Shown in pieces: positions 10,371 through 20,620 of a DNA stretch of 64,000 nucleotides. The stretch comes from a virus (Duplodnaviria > Caudoviricetes). A program made the translations under genes and the position numbers. The DNA is taken from positions 3,973 to 67,972 of IMG/VR virus record IMGVR_UViG_3300034685_000067. One strand, written 5' to 3'. Below the pieces are notes generated by a model. The model did no database searches and was not told the origin of the DNA. It saw nothing but the letters and a program-made list of their open reading frames with translations. Position 1 is the first letter of the stretch, and every line of letters starts with the position of its first letter.

Positions 10371-12287
10371 GTGGCTGTCCATGTAACTGAAGATGAAAAA
10401 TACATCTACGTATATAATATACATTATAAAATGTTTATGAAGCACATGGTTAGATTATATGGAACCAACATAATGGATGAAATAGGCCTATTTGGTCATA
10501 TTAAGACTAGATGGTTTAAACACAGAGCCATTCTTCAATTTCATAAGTTCTTTGCACCAGAAGTATATTACCTTTTTGAGCAATTAGCAAATAAGTTTAG
10601 AAAACGTAATTATATAAATATTGCTCAGCAATTAATAAATAATACTTGGTTGATAAGTGTTACCAAATCAATTCCTCCAATAGATTATTCTAAACTTGAT
10701 GATTTAAACTGGGAATTAAAACCATATCAGAAAGAATTTATTGAGAGTTATTTTGAATCTAAAGTCAAACTTAACTTAAGAGGAGCTATATTAGCTTTTG
10801 AACAAGGTCTTGGTAAAACATTTACTGCTCTGGCTACTGCTAAAGTAATAGATAATAAACAGGTATTTATAATATGCCCTAAGTCAGTAGTTGATGTGTG
10901 GAGAAAAGAAATTGGTAAGGTATTTAAAACCAAATACAAAATTGCATATGTAGATGAAGATCCAGTTTCCACAGATTATGATTATGTAATAAGTAATTAT
11001 GAGAGAGTAAACAAAGCTGCAGATTATTTACTGGATGGAAATATTACTATGATTATTGATGAATCTCATAATATTAGATATATGGATACTAAACGTGCTG
11101 GTGATATCTTAGCATTAAGAAATGCAAAACATATAAATGATATTATGGCATTATCAGGCACACCAATAAAAGCATTGGCTTCAGAGCTTATCCCAATAAT
11201 AGCTTTATTGGATCCATTATTTGATAAAGAAGCTATGAGACTTTTTATGAACGTATATAAGAAATATAGAGAATTTGCATATGACATTTTGCAATATAGA
11301 TTAAGTATAATGATGGACAGAAAGCTGAAATCAGAAGTTCTAAATTTACCAGAAAAGCACATAGCTAATCTATGGCTAAAGATAAAAAATCCTGAAAAAT
11401 ATTTAATAGATAATATTGTAAAAGATATGCATGATTACATGGAGAAACGTTTTAATGAACTTGTTAAGAATACTGATAAATATATAAAAGATTTTGATAT
11501 AGTAATAGAATATTGTGAGAATAATAATGTTATAACTCGTAAAGAAGCTAAGTTTATGAAGAAGATGATACGTAATTATGATATTAAGAAGATAGATGAT
11601 ATAAATAGATTTAATTTCATCTACAATGTATGTTTTAATTGGTTGAATACACATGATAAACGTCTTAGAGATTTATTAAGACAAACAAAAGTATCTATCA
11701 CTAATGCTATTATGAAAGCATTAGGAGAAGCAATGGGTCAAATATATACAAAACGTAAGATTCAAGCTATAAATGATATGGTGTCTGAAAACTTAGATGT
11801 TATAATTGCTCTTATTAATAAAGCAGAAAAGAAAACCATTATTTGGTCTACATTTAAAGATACTATCTCTAATACTTCAAATTTATTAAATGCTAAGGGT
11901 GTTAAACATGTAGTAGTAACTGGAGATACTAAAGATAGTGATGAAGTTTTAAAGCAATTTAGATTATATGATGATATAGATGTACTTATAGCATCATTAA
12001 AGAAGCTATCAACTGGTGTTACCTTAATTGAGGCTAATCAAGCCATATTTTTAGATTTACCTTATAGGGATGCTGATTTTCAGCAAGCTGTTGATAGGAT
12101 ACATAGAATTGGTCAGGATACAGAAGTATATATATGGAAAGCTTTATTAAATACAAAGAAACCAAATATACTCACACATACTCATGATATAATGCAATGG
12201 TCTGCACAGATGAGTTCTATTGTTATGGGTAGTAAACAACCACCAATAGAAAATAGAAGAAGAATAAATAATGTTCTTTTTATCTAA
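10371..12287 (+). CDS. SNF2-family (SF2) helicase/ATPase
   Basis: LKPYQ, FEQGLGKT (Walker A), IICPKS, IIDESH (Walker B), LSGTPI, STGVTL and QAVDRIHRIGQ. Confidence 0.92.
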   Translation: MAVHVTEDEKYIYVYNIHYKMFMKHMVRLYGTNIMDEIGLFGHIKTRWFKHRAILQFHKFFAPEVYYLFEQLANKFRKRNYINIAQQLINNTWLISVTKSIPPIDYSKLDDLNWELKPYQKEFIESYFESKVKLNLRGAILAFEQGLGKTFTALATAKVIDNKQVFIICPKSVVDVWRKEIGKVFKTKYKIAYVDEDPVSTDYDYVISNYERVNKAADYLLDGNITMIIDESHNIRYMDTKRAGDILALRNAKHINDIMALSGTPIKALASELIPIIALLDPLFDKEAMRLFMNVYKKYREFAYDILQYRLSIMMDRKLKSEVLNLPEKHIANLWLKIKNPEKYLIDNIVKDMHDYMEKRFNELVKNTDKYIKDFDIVIEYCENNNVITRKEAKFMKKMIRNYDIKKIDDINRFNFIYNVCFNWLNTHDKRLRDLLRQTKVSITNAIMKALGEAMGQIYTKRKIQAINDMVSENLDVIIALINKAEKKTIIWSTFKDTISNTSNLLNAKGVKHVVVTGDTKDSDEVLKQFRLYDDIDVLIASLKKLSTGVTLIEANQAIFLDLPYRDADFQQAVDRIHRIGQDTEVYIWKALLNTKKPNILTHTHDIMQWSAQMSSIVMGSKQPPIENRRRINNVLFI

Positions 12288-12293
12288 AATAAG

Positions 12294-13632
12294 CAAGAAG
12301 ACTCCCACCTCTTTAGGTGGGAGATGAATTGGGGCTCGACAAAATATAAATATAATATTAAAATAAAATTAGAAAGGTAGGTGAAATACTTGAAAATAAT
12401 ATTAAGAGCCTATAAATATAGATTATACCCTAACAAAAAGCAACAAGAGTTAATTAATAAAACTATAGGTTGTTGTAGATTTGTATATAACTATTATCTC
12501 AATAAAAAGATTGAATTATATAAAACAGAGCAAAAGTCTATAAATTATAATGCTTGTGCTAATGATTTAAAAAATCTTAAAAATCAATATGAATGGCTCA
12601 AAGAAGTTGATAGTATTTCCCTACAGCAAACATTGAAGGATTTAGATGCTGCTTATCAAAACTTTTTTAGACGTATAAAAAATGGTGAAAAAAAAGTAGG
12701 ATTTCCGAAGTTTAAAACTAAAAAGAATCCTAAACAGTCATATAGAACACAAAACGTAAATAACAACATTGAAATCAAAGGTAATAAAATAAAGTTACCT
12801 AAACTTGGGTTAGTTAAATTTGCTAATAGTAGAAGTTTAATGGTAAAATAATTTCTTGTACTGTATCTAAAACTAATACTGATAAATATTTCGTATCAGT
12901 ATTAGTTGAAGAAGAAATACAAGAATTACCAAAGAAGAATAATGCTATAGGATTTGATTTGGGGGTTAAAGATTATTTAATTACATCAGATGGTGAAGTA
13001 GTTAATAATCCTAAAATACTAAAACAATACGAAAAGAAACTTATCAAACTTCAACGTCAATTATCAAGAAAAAAGATAGGCAGTAACAGATATAAGAAAC
13101 ATTCTAAGAAGATTGCTAAGTTACATGAAAAAATAAGAAATATAAGAACCGACTTTTTACATAAGCTATCTTCACGAATAATCAAGGAAAACCAACTGAT
13201 TATAAGTGAAGACTTAAATGTAAAAGGTATGGTTCAGAATCATAGATTAGCAAAAGCAATAAATGATGTTTCTTGGTCTGAATTTTGTAGGATGATTGAG
13301 TATAAAGCTAATTGGTACGGTAGAACATATCATAAAATTAATAGGTTTTATGCTTCAAGTCAAACATGCAATGTTTGTGGGTATAAAAATGTAGATATAA
13401 AAGATTTAAATGTAAGAAAATGGGTATGTGATAATTGTGGTACTAAGCACGATAGAGACAACAATGCTGCAATAAACATACTCAATCAAGGATTAAAAGA
13501 ATTAGGCTTAACGGCTTAATATAAACTAGGGTTGGAACGACCCGATGTGAGGCTCGTGGAGGTAGTAGGTTGCGAGGCTGATGAAGCGAGAATCTCCACC
13601 TTCTAAGCGAAGCGTAAGGTGGAGAGGTTCAA
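12294..13632 (+). mobile_element. IS200/IS605-family element, tnpB only (IS1341-like, no tnpA); ends approximate
   Basis: Left-end hairpin CTCCCACCT-CTTT-AGGTGGGAG at ~12302-12323. Right-end hairpin CTCCACCTT...AAGGTGGAG followed by GGTTCAA at ~13594-13632. Encloses tnpB. Confidence 0.85.
12381..13519 (+). pseudogene. tnpB: TnpB RNA-guided nuclease, frameshifted at ~12836-12838
   Basis: HTH_OrfB start RAYKYRLYPN..Q...GCCRFVYN, GFPKFK, RuvC motifs GFDLG, SEDL and DRDNNAA, Zn finger CNVC/CDNC. One extra T at the TTT restores SRSFNGKIISCTVSKT...FDLGVK. Confidence 0.9.
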
Positions 13633-13652
13633 ATATAGAATCTTGAAAAAGG
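13520..13652 (+). ncRNA. Predicted TnpB omega/reRNA scaffold plus flank-derived guide
   Basis: GC-richer structured stretch between the tnpB stop and the right end (ACTAGGGTTGGAACGACCCGA...GAAGCGAGAATCTCCACC...TTCAA); the guide would start ATATAGAATCTTG. Boundaries approximate. Confidence 0.65.
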
Positions 13653-13740
13653 AGGTTTTAAGATCAATATAAACATCTAATTATCAAACCTAACAAATAA
13701 TAGAGCATATTAAACACATTAAAGGAGGAAGAATTATAAA

Positions 13741-15477
13741 ATGAGTCAAACATCTAAATTTGTAAGAATAAGGGAAGCACATAAGTTAGTAGAAGAAGCT
13801 GAAAGTAATCTACTAAAGAATATTAATAAAATTATATCCAAAACAAAGAGTTCTGAAGGAGCTACTTTATTTAAACGTTTGGATTCTTTAAAACCAACTA
13901 AAAGCAATATTAATATAGGTATTAATATGTTGCTTGATAATCTACCTGAAGATAAAGCACCCGCTCAGGAGATATTAGATGCTATATTGTCGAAATGTGA
14001 AAAACTTTTTGATCTTGTAAAAAGTGAAAATGAAGCATCAGATAATGAAAGTATTGATAAACTAGCACTATTTATGGCACTTGGATTTGCGTGCTCAAAT
14101 CTCTTTGCTGGTGATGCAAAAGATGTTGAAAAACGTTATCAATTTATGGCTAAGCAGATACCTAATCTGTTTGATTCTGAAGAAGATGCTGAGAAAGTAT
14201 TAGATATTATTGTTGGAAAACAAATTACAGATTTAACTCTTTCAGCTGCTGCTGTATTGGGTAAAACAGAAACAGTATTCACAGCAATTCCAGCATTAAT
14301 GCATGCTGCTTTCAGTATATATGCTGCACAATATAGTATGATTGAAGGTATGGCCAATACAAGTGAGCCTATTGAGACAGAAGAAAGTAGAGTAATTGAA
14401 GCCAAACCATTGAAGTGGATAAATCTTAGTAGTCCTATAACGAAGGATGATGTGCTATTTGTAGAGAAAGAAACTGGTTTGATGTTGCCAGAAGACTACG
14501 TTGTCTGTGTATTACAACATAATGGAGGAACACCTATCCCCTCTGGACTGCCTGATATCGAAACTGAAATTGATCATTTACATAGTCTAAATAAAGAGGA
14601 TGAAGATTTCGTTTTAATTTATTATCGATTATTTGAAAAAGAAAGCAACGGTCTTCTATTCCCATTTGGCAGTGACGGGTGTGGCAATTATTTTTGTTTC
14701 CTGTACAAGAATAAGAAAGATAAAAATCCAACTGTTGTATTCTATGATCATGAGGTGCAAAGAATCACATTCTTGGCATTAACATTTTCAGATTTATTAA
14801 ATTCTTTAGAGCCTATTGAGACAGAAGAAAGTAGAGTAATTGAAGCTAAACCTTCTACAGCAAAGGCTTTAAAGCAACTTAATAATATCCTCAAAAAGAC
14901 TAAGAGTCCAGAGGCAGACTCATTAGTAAAACAAATCAATTCTTTACCACCTACTGAAGATAGTGTAGAAATTGCTTTTCAGATGTTAGTTGATACTTTA
15001 CCTGAAGATCAGAAGCCAGCTGAATCTATCTTAAATGCAATACTAAGCTATGCAAAAATGTTATATACTCATGTTTTAACAGAAGCAAAAAAGAATCCAG
15101 TTTATGCTAATGATAAGAGATTAAATAAATTTGCATTTAATGTTGCTGTAGGTTTTATTAGTTCTAACTTATTAGTCAAAAATTTATCTAAAATTGACAA
15201 ACATTATAATAGTCTCAAAAAGAGGATACCAACATTATTCCAATCAACTAAAAAAACAGCTTTAAGTGTAGTTAAAAACTTTTTTGCAGCTGTAACTGCA
15301 AATGTTCTGTTTTCACTTGGAGTAACGCTTGGTCAGCCTTTAGTAGTAAAAGCAAGTATACCAGTATTAATTTATGCTCAAATTCAATTTTTTAAAGCAT
15401 TGTGGAATATTTTAATTGATATCTTTGTTGGAAGAGATGTATTTAAAGGAACACAAGCAGAGGAAAATAAGAAATAA
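13741..15477 (+). CDS. Three-part protein: helical domain / SMI1-KNR4 (SUKH) domain / second homologous helical domain
   Basis: Central LPEDY...HNGG...LFPFGSDGCGNYFCF...PTVVFYDHE...FSDLL is a typical SUKH domain. Outer domains align (NINKIISKTKSSEG/QLNNILKKTKSPEA; LPEDKAPAQEILDAILS/LPEDQKPAESILNAILS). Confidence 0.75.
   Translation: MSQTSKFVRIREAHKLVEEAESNLLKNINKIISKTKSSEGATLFKRLDSLKPTKSNINIGINMLLDNLPEDKAPAQEILDAILSKCEKLFDLVKSENEASDNESIDKLALFMALGFACSNLFAGDAKDVEKRYQFMAKQIPNLFDSEEDAEKVLDIIVGKQITDLTLSAAAVLGKTETVFTAIPALMHAAFSIYAAQYSMIEGMANTSEPIETEESRVIEAKPLKWINLSSPITKDDVLFVEKETGLMLPEDYVVCVLQHNGGTPIPSGLPDIETEIDHLHSLNKEDEDFVLIYYRLFEKESNGLLFPFGSDGCGNYFCFLYKNKKDKNPTVVFYDHEVQRITFLALTFSDLLNSLEPIETEESRVIEAKPSTAKALKQLNNILKKTKSPEADSLVKQINSLPPTEDSVEIAFQMLVDTLPEDQKPAESILNAILSYAKMLYTHVLTEAKKNPVYANDKRLNKFAFNVAVGFISSNLLVKNLSKIDKHYNSLKKRIPTLFQSTKKTALSVVKNFFAAVTANVLFSLGVTLGQPLVVKASIPVLIYAQIQFFKALWNILIDIFVGRDVFKGTQAEENKK
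14365..14852 (+). repeat. 44-bp direct repeat (1 mismatch) flanking the SMI1/KNR4 cassette
   Basis: GAGCCTATTGAGACAGAAGAAAGTAGAGTAATTGAAGC(C/T)AAACC at 14365-14408 and 14809-14852, 444 bp apart; encodes EPIETEESRVIEAKP. Confidence 0.95.
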
Positions 15478-15515
15478 CATTCTTAGAAAAAAGAATACTT
15501 AGGAGGTAATAACTA

Positions 15516-16214
15516 ATGCCAAATCCTTTTGTAATGGGATCATTTGATAAATATAGATGGCCTGATCAGTTGAGGGGTATGTTTGGTGATCATGCAACAG
15601 CAATAGATCCCTATCAAACAGGTTATCATTTTCTATTTTTTACTAAACTGCCATCTGCATTGTCAGCAGAAGTTGGTAAATTTCTAACTACTGTATGTCA
15701 ATCAGTTACTGTACCAGGAATTACTGTTAATCCAATTGAATACAATGGTACAAACAATATGTCTTGGTCAGTACCAGGTACTGTTGAATATGATAACAAG
15801 AGATTTACAGTGAGATTTGTTGAATTTGCTGGACTACCTATAACCCAAATAATGGGTAAATGGGTAACCATATTTAGAAATGTAATATATGGTATAGCTG
15901 ATCCATCTATAGGTTCAGCTTCACAGGTGGATTATAAAGGTAAATGTATTTATGCTACAACTCTACCAGACGCTAGGACAGTTCAATATGCTGCTGCCTT
16001 TACTGGAGTATATCCTCTTAAGATACCAACTGATTCTTTCTCTAGTGATAGAACTACTCAAGAAAAAGTGGAACCAGAGATTGAATTTAGCTTTGATATG
16101 ATGTATACTGGTGAACAGGCAATATATACTGCACAGAGTTTGGTTCAAAGCACAGTGGCTGCTTCTATTACTGCTATTGATGCGATGTATGAGGAGGCAA
16201 CTGGTGGTATATAA
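15516..16214 (+). CDS. Tail tube protein (T4 gp19-like)
   Basis: CQSVTVPG, VPGTVEY...FTVRFVE, W, FTGVYP and EIEFSFD pattern; 232 aa; AGGAGG SD. Confidence 0.8.
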   Translation: MPNPFVMGSFDKYRWPDQLRGMFGDHATAIDPYQTGYHFLFFTKLPSALSAEVGKFLTTVCQSVTVPGITVNPIEYNGTNNMSWSVPGTVEYDNKRFTVRFVEFAGLPITQIMGKWVTIFRNVIYGIADPSIGSASQVDYKGKCIYATTLPDARTVQYAAAFTGVYPLKIPTDSFSSDRTTQEKVEPEIEFSFDMMYTGEQAIYTAQSLVQSTVAASITAIDAMYEEATGGI

Positions 16215-16252
16215 GTTAATATAGGTTTTAATCTTTTTGATTAACTGTATCA

Positions 16253-16314
16253 GGAGAAGAAGTATTCTCAATATCCATTCTTATTTGAAGGAGAAACAAG
16301 AATACTTCTTCTCC
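16253..16314 (+). repeat. Perfect 16-bp inverted repeat with a 30-nt loop after the tube gene
   Basis: GGAGAAGAAGTATTCT (16253-16268) / AGAATACTTCTTCTCC (16299-16314). Confidence 0.85.
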
Positions 16315-16350
16315 AAATATATTTTTGTATTATAATATTTATATAAAGAG

Positions 16351-19300
16351 GTGTGCATTAATTTGGCTATAGATGCGAGAAATCTACCAACATTTGATCC
16401 TTATGATATTAAAAAGAGTTTAGTTGATTTAACTGATGAATATTTTCAATTAAAAAATATAGACTTGTATGAATCTGGCTTTTTAGGGTACTTTATCCAA
16501 GCATTAACATATCTGACTTCAGATATGTTATTTCAAAATGCATTAGCTTATAATGAAGCATTTTTAATAAGAGCAACATTACCATCTACAGTATATAATA
16601 TTGCTGCACAATTAGATTATAAAATCCAAAATGTAGTACCAGCTTCAGGCACATTGAAAGTGGTTATTCCCTTAGCTTCTGGTGATATGAAAATTAAGAT
16701 TCCAGCAGGTTCTAATGTTACCTCAGAAAGTGCAGCATATAAAGTAATTCATAATTATTATGTTACAAAAGATTCAACAACTATAGAAATTATAAAGGAA
16801 GATATTGCTACTGGTATAGTTACTCCAGTAACATATAATATAGAAATTAGTTCAGGACAACCAAGTCTTGTTTTTGATGTAGAAATACAACAATTAGAAA
16901 TATATACACATTCTTTTACATTTGAAAATACTCAATTATATAAGTTTTATGATGAGCCAATCTCTGGATTTAACGGTTATATATATGATGTAGTAGTTAA
17001 TGTTGGTGGAGAATTATATAAACCAATCAACTCCATTTATATAGCATCATCATCAGATAAAGTATATGAACTAATGATGAATCAATCTGAAGGAAGTCTA
17101 GTTGTCAGATTTGGTAATGGTATTCATGGATATCTTCCACATAATGGAGCACAAGCATTAATAACTATATATTCCACTCTTGGTGCAGAAGGAAATATAG
17201 CAGCCAATACAGCCCAATTGGCTGATCGTGTAATAGATGGTATATCTGGTGATATAGTTAATGTCATAAGTTATAATCCATTACCTATTATGAATGGTTC
17301 CAATGGTGAAACATTGGAAGAAGTAAAAAAACATATTATAGAGAATATATCAGCAGCAAAAAGATTGGTAACTGAAAAGGATTATAAAGGGTTTCAAGGA
17401 GTAACAGGTATTACAGATTTAATAGCTTTACCTGTATTACAGAGAAGAGATGTCTATGGCAATGAAATCACTCTTTATATAGTCAAATATGATAGTGATA
17501 AAGTTCCAATGCCAACTGCTTCTATTCCTGTTCAAATGGATAATATAAATAATGTAATAGAACAGGGTTCTGTTTTAACGTATGATAATATTTCTTATGT
17601 CTCTCCTTTTAAAATAGAATATGATGATAATTATGATATACCATTGGCACGATATTTCTATAATCTGAATAATTTAAAAGTATCACCTAGCCTAGCATTT
17701 AAAAGTGAGCATGAAGATATATTAATGGGTGCAAGAACAATATCTGTATATTTATATCCAAATACACATCAAATGTCTATTACTGCTGAAGTATATAAGC
17801 TTACAGATATGACTGCAGATAAGATTCATGCAGAATTTCAAATAGGAAACAATTATCGAATTCCATTAACACTAACTAAAGTATATGATGATAATACTAC
17901 ATGTATATTCAGTTCCAATTATATAGACTATGAATCATATATTATAAATACAGGAGTTCAGATGTGGTATCTGTATTTATACTTTGATGATCTAAAAAGA
18001 AATTGGAACTTTAAAGGCATATATAATCCATCTTATGTATATTCTATTAATGATGTTGTAAATTATAATAATAGAACTTATATATCTCTTGCTGATAATA
18101 ATGTTAATAAATCTTTAGCTGATCCTAATTATTGGGAAGATCTATATGCAACCAGTTTTTATAATACTTACAGAGGCAGCATTACATTATTTAAATCTGG
18201 ATTACCTATAGATACAGATATTGTTTCAAATGCTACATCTTCTAATGTACCAACTCCAGCTATGTTTAATGTTTATACGTTGGATTTTAAATACTTAGCA
18301 GGCTTAGAAGATAAATGTATGTTTTCAGTAGATATATTAAATTTGGCATCAAATATAGATACTACGAAATTATCAGTAACATTGCATATCAATAATAGAG
18401 ATTATACTATGCATTTAAATACTGCTCAGATTGATAGATTTACATTTATTACAGATAACATACCACTAGATGATTTTGTTGTTGGTGATTTACATTGGAC
18501 TATAGATATAACATATGAACTTGGTAATTTACATCAATTTTCTGGTGATATAGAGATATTATCTAATGGAAAACGTATAATATCTAATACAATAAGTGCA
18601 GCTGTTGAAGAGAGTGATACTCCTCAAATAGAATTGGTGCATATTGGTTTGAATTCTATTCAAATTAAAAGCACACCTGATAATACGTTTTATAAATTCA
18701 TATGTAATGTAAGTAAATTACCAGAGAATAGTAGCATGAATATCTCTTTACATTTGAATATAGCAGAGCAAACATATTCTCTTCATTTGGTTGGGGATAC
18801 TCCTGAAGGATTGGCAGTATTTGAAACTGATAATATCAATACAAATATAATACAACCTGGTTTAATCACATTTGATATTAATATATATTATAAAGGTGAG
18901 TTTTTTGCATCATATAAACAATCAGTTGTACTTAAACAGGAAGTAACAAATATATGTCATAGCAATATAGCAGTAGCATCAGATGGAGTGCAATATGCAT
19001 TTGGTGTTCCAGTTATAAAACAGGAGTATTATGATGCCAAGAAAGATGTTATAGATGAATTAATATTGAATCAATTAGCAAAGTTTTCAACAGCATTAAG
19101 TGAGTATAAAATGTTAACTGATAATATTAATATAAAGTTTGTCAAAACATCTGGTTATTCTAATAATATGCAACTTAATTTATATAATTCTAAAGCTGTT
19201 ATAACTTATCCAGATACATTTGCAATAGAAATACCACCAAAGATCAAAGTAAGAATATATGTCAAACGTAAGAGTGGATTATCTATCAATTCAGTTATAA

Positions 19301-19569
19301 CTGAATGTAAAAATGTATTATATACATTCTTAACTCTAAAGGCTGGTTTTCATAGTAATATTTATAGATCTGAGATGGCAAGATATCTTCATGATGTTGT
19401 TGACGATGTTGAATTTTGTGAAATATTGGAACCAACTCAAGATATAGTATATGATTTTGACATTGAGAATATGCCATCCACATATAGGGATATAGTATAC
19501 AAGTATTGTCCTGAATTTATATGGTTTTCTAAAGATAAAATTGAAATTGAGACAAATATGATTGATTAA
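16351..19569 (+). CDS. Baseplate wedge subunit (T4 gp6/gpJ-like) with inserted repeats
   Basis: NEAFLIRATLPSTVYNIAAQLDY, VRFGNGIHG..P, TLGAEGN and GSNGETLEEVK...RLVTEKDY motifs. Confidence 0.85.
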   Translation: MCINLAIDARNLPTFDPYDIKKSLVDLTDEYFQLKNIDLYESGFLGYFIQALTYLTSDMLFQNALAYNEAFLIRATLPSTVYNIAAQLDYKIQNVVPASGTLKVVIPLASGDMKIKIPAGSNVTSESAAYKVIHNYYVTKDSTTIEIIKEDIATGIVTPVTYNIEISSGQPSLVFDVEIQQLEIYTHSFTFENTQLYKFYDEPISGFNGYIYDVVVNVGGELYKPINSIYIASSSDKVYELMMNQSEGSLVVRFGNGIHGYLPHNGAQALITIYSTLGAEGNIAANTAQLADRVIDGISGDIVNVISYNPLPIMNGSNGETLEEVKKHIIENISAAKRLVTEKDYKGFQGVTGITDLIALPVLQRRDVYGNEITLYIVKYDSDKVPMPTASIPVQMDNINNVIEQGSVLTYDNISYVSPFKIEYDDNYDIPLARYFYNLNNLKVSPSLAFKSEHEDILMGARTISVYLYPNTHQMSITAEVYKLTDMTADKIHAEFQIGNNYRIPLTLTKVYDDNTTCIFSSNYIDYESYIINTGVQMWYLYLYFDDLKRNWNFKGIYNPSYVYSINDVVNYNNRTYISLADNNVNKSLADPNYWEDLYATSFYNTYRGSITLFKSGLPIDTDIVSNATSSNVPTPAMFNVYTLDFKYLAGLEDKCMFSVDILNLASNIDTTKLSVTLHINNRDYTMHLNTAQIDRFTFITDNIPLDDFVVGDLHWTIDITYELGNLHQFSGDIEILSNGKRIISNTISAAVEESDTPQIELVHIGLNSIQIKSTPDNTFYKFICNVSKLPENSSMNISLHLNIAEQTYSLHLVGDTPEGLAVFETDNINTNIIQPGLITFDINIYYKGEFFASYKQSVVLKQEVTNICHSNIAVASDGVQYAFGVPVIKQEYYDAKKDVIDELILNQLAKFSTALSEYKMLTDNINIKFVKTSGYSNNMQLNLYNSKAVITYPDTFAIEIPPKIKVRIYVKRKSGLSINSVITECKNVLYTFLTLKAGFHSNIYRSEMARYLHDVVDDVEFCEILEPTQDIVYDFDIENMPSTYRDIVYKYCPEFIWFSKDKIEIETNMID

Positions 19570-19584
19570 AGAGGGAGATAATAA

Positions 19585-20613
19585 TTGGATAAACAATTAT
19601 TGGATATCTTAACCAAAATGTCGCCCAATGTAGAACAGATGGCTGAATATATAGGCAAAAATATAACAACAGCTATGAGCACGATTGATCAACCATGTGG
19701 TCTTTATTTAATTAGTAAGAATATATATTCTACTTTATTACAAACTGCAGGAATAACTGAAGAAGAATTTAAATCATATTTAACTGCACAGTTTAAACAG
19801 CAAAGCAGTTTGTTAAATGCTCCAGCTTTGGGATATGTTATAACTAATCCATTATATAATCTCCTAGTTTTATATATATTAGCATTCTTAGCACACAATA
19901 GAATAGATGATGCATATGCTACTGCTAGATTGTATGCTTGTTTTACAATAAGTTATCTTAAGAAAAAGTATTTTCAGTCATGTAATCCAGAAGTTCTTAA
20001 ATATACTCTTAGTAACCTTCATGGATTATCAGTAGCAGGTAAATATGGTTTTTCAGGGCTTGTTTTAAAAATTGCTGATGAAACATTAGATAAATATAAG
20101 GATGATATGGTAAAAGAAATAAACCCATATTACTATTATAGATTCTTGATAGATATACGAAATAAATTAAATCAATCGTTAAAAGCAATAGCTAGTAAAT
20201 ACTATCAGAATATGTCTATATCAACACAAACTCCAGATGTTATGGAGAAAGCAGAAGATATAGTACAAAATTTATCAGAAGTTATTACATCATCTCAGGT
20301 AATATCTTATTTATCTAATATCACACAATTAACGCAATTAGAAATAGAAAGCATATTATTTGATATGGAAAACAATACAGATATACATGAGTTACTTAAG
20401 AGTATAGTAGCTAAACTCTTAGTTGATTATGATTCTATAGATAGGATTAGAGATATGGATCCCTTTACGTTGTTGAAAAGAATAAATAAAAAAGATGATT
20501 ATATATCATTGACTGATGATATACTGAAATCATTGAATGTAGATAATATAACACAATCACATAGAGATTTAATATTAATGTTATGTATTTTACTAATTTT
20601 ATGGAAGAGGTAG
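19585..20613 (+). CDS. Hypothetical helical protein (probable virion/tail assembly)
   Basis: 342-aa ORF with GGGAG SD and TTG start, between the baseplate and tape-measure-like genes. Confidence 0.55.
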   Translation: MDKQLLDILTKMSPNVEQMAEYIGKNITTAMSTIDQPCGLYLISKNIYSTLLQTAGITEEEFKSYLTAQFKQQSSLLNAPALGYVITNPLYNLLVLYILAFLAHNRIDDAYATARLYACFTISYLKKKYFQSCNPEVLKYTLSNLHGLSVAGKYGFSGLVLKIADETLDKYKDDMVKEINPYYYYRFLIDIRNKLNQSLKAIASKYYQNMSISTQTPDVMEKAEDIVQNLSEVITSSQVISYLSNITQLTQLEIESILFDMENNTDIHELLKSIVAKLLVDYDSIDRIRDMDPFTLLKRINKKDDYISLTDDILKSLNVDNITQSHRDLILMLCILLILWKR

Positions 20614-20620
20614 AACATAG

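Noticed and set aside
4045-12287. Inteins or introns in the terminase or helicase
   Set aside because: Lengths and motif spacing look normal, with no C...HN-C/S/T splice junctions or homing endonuclease motifs.
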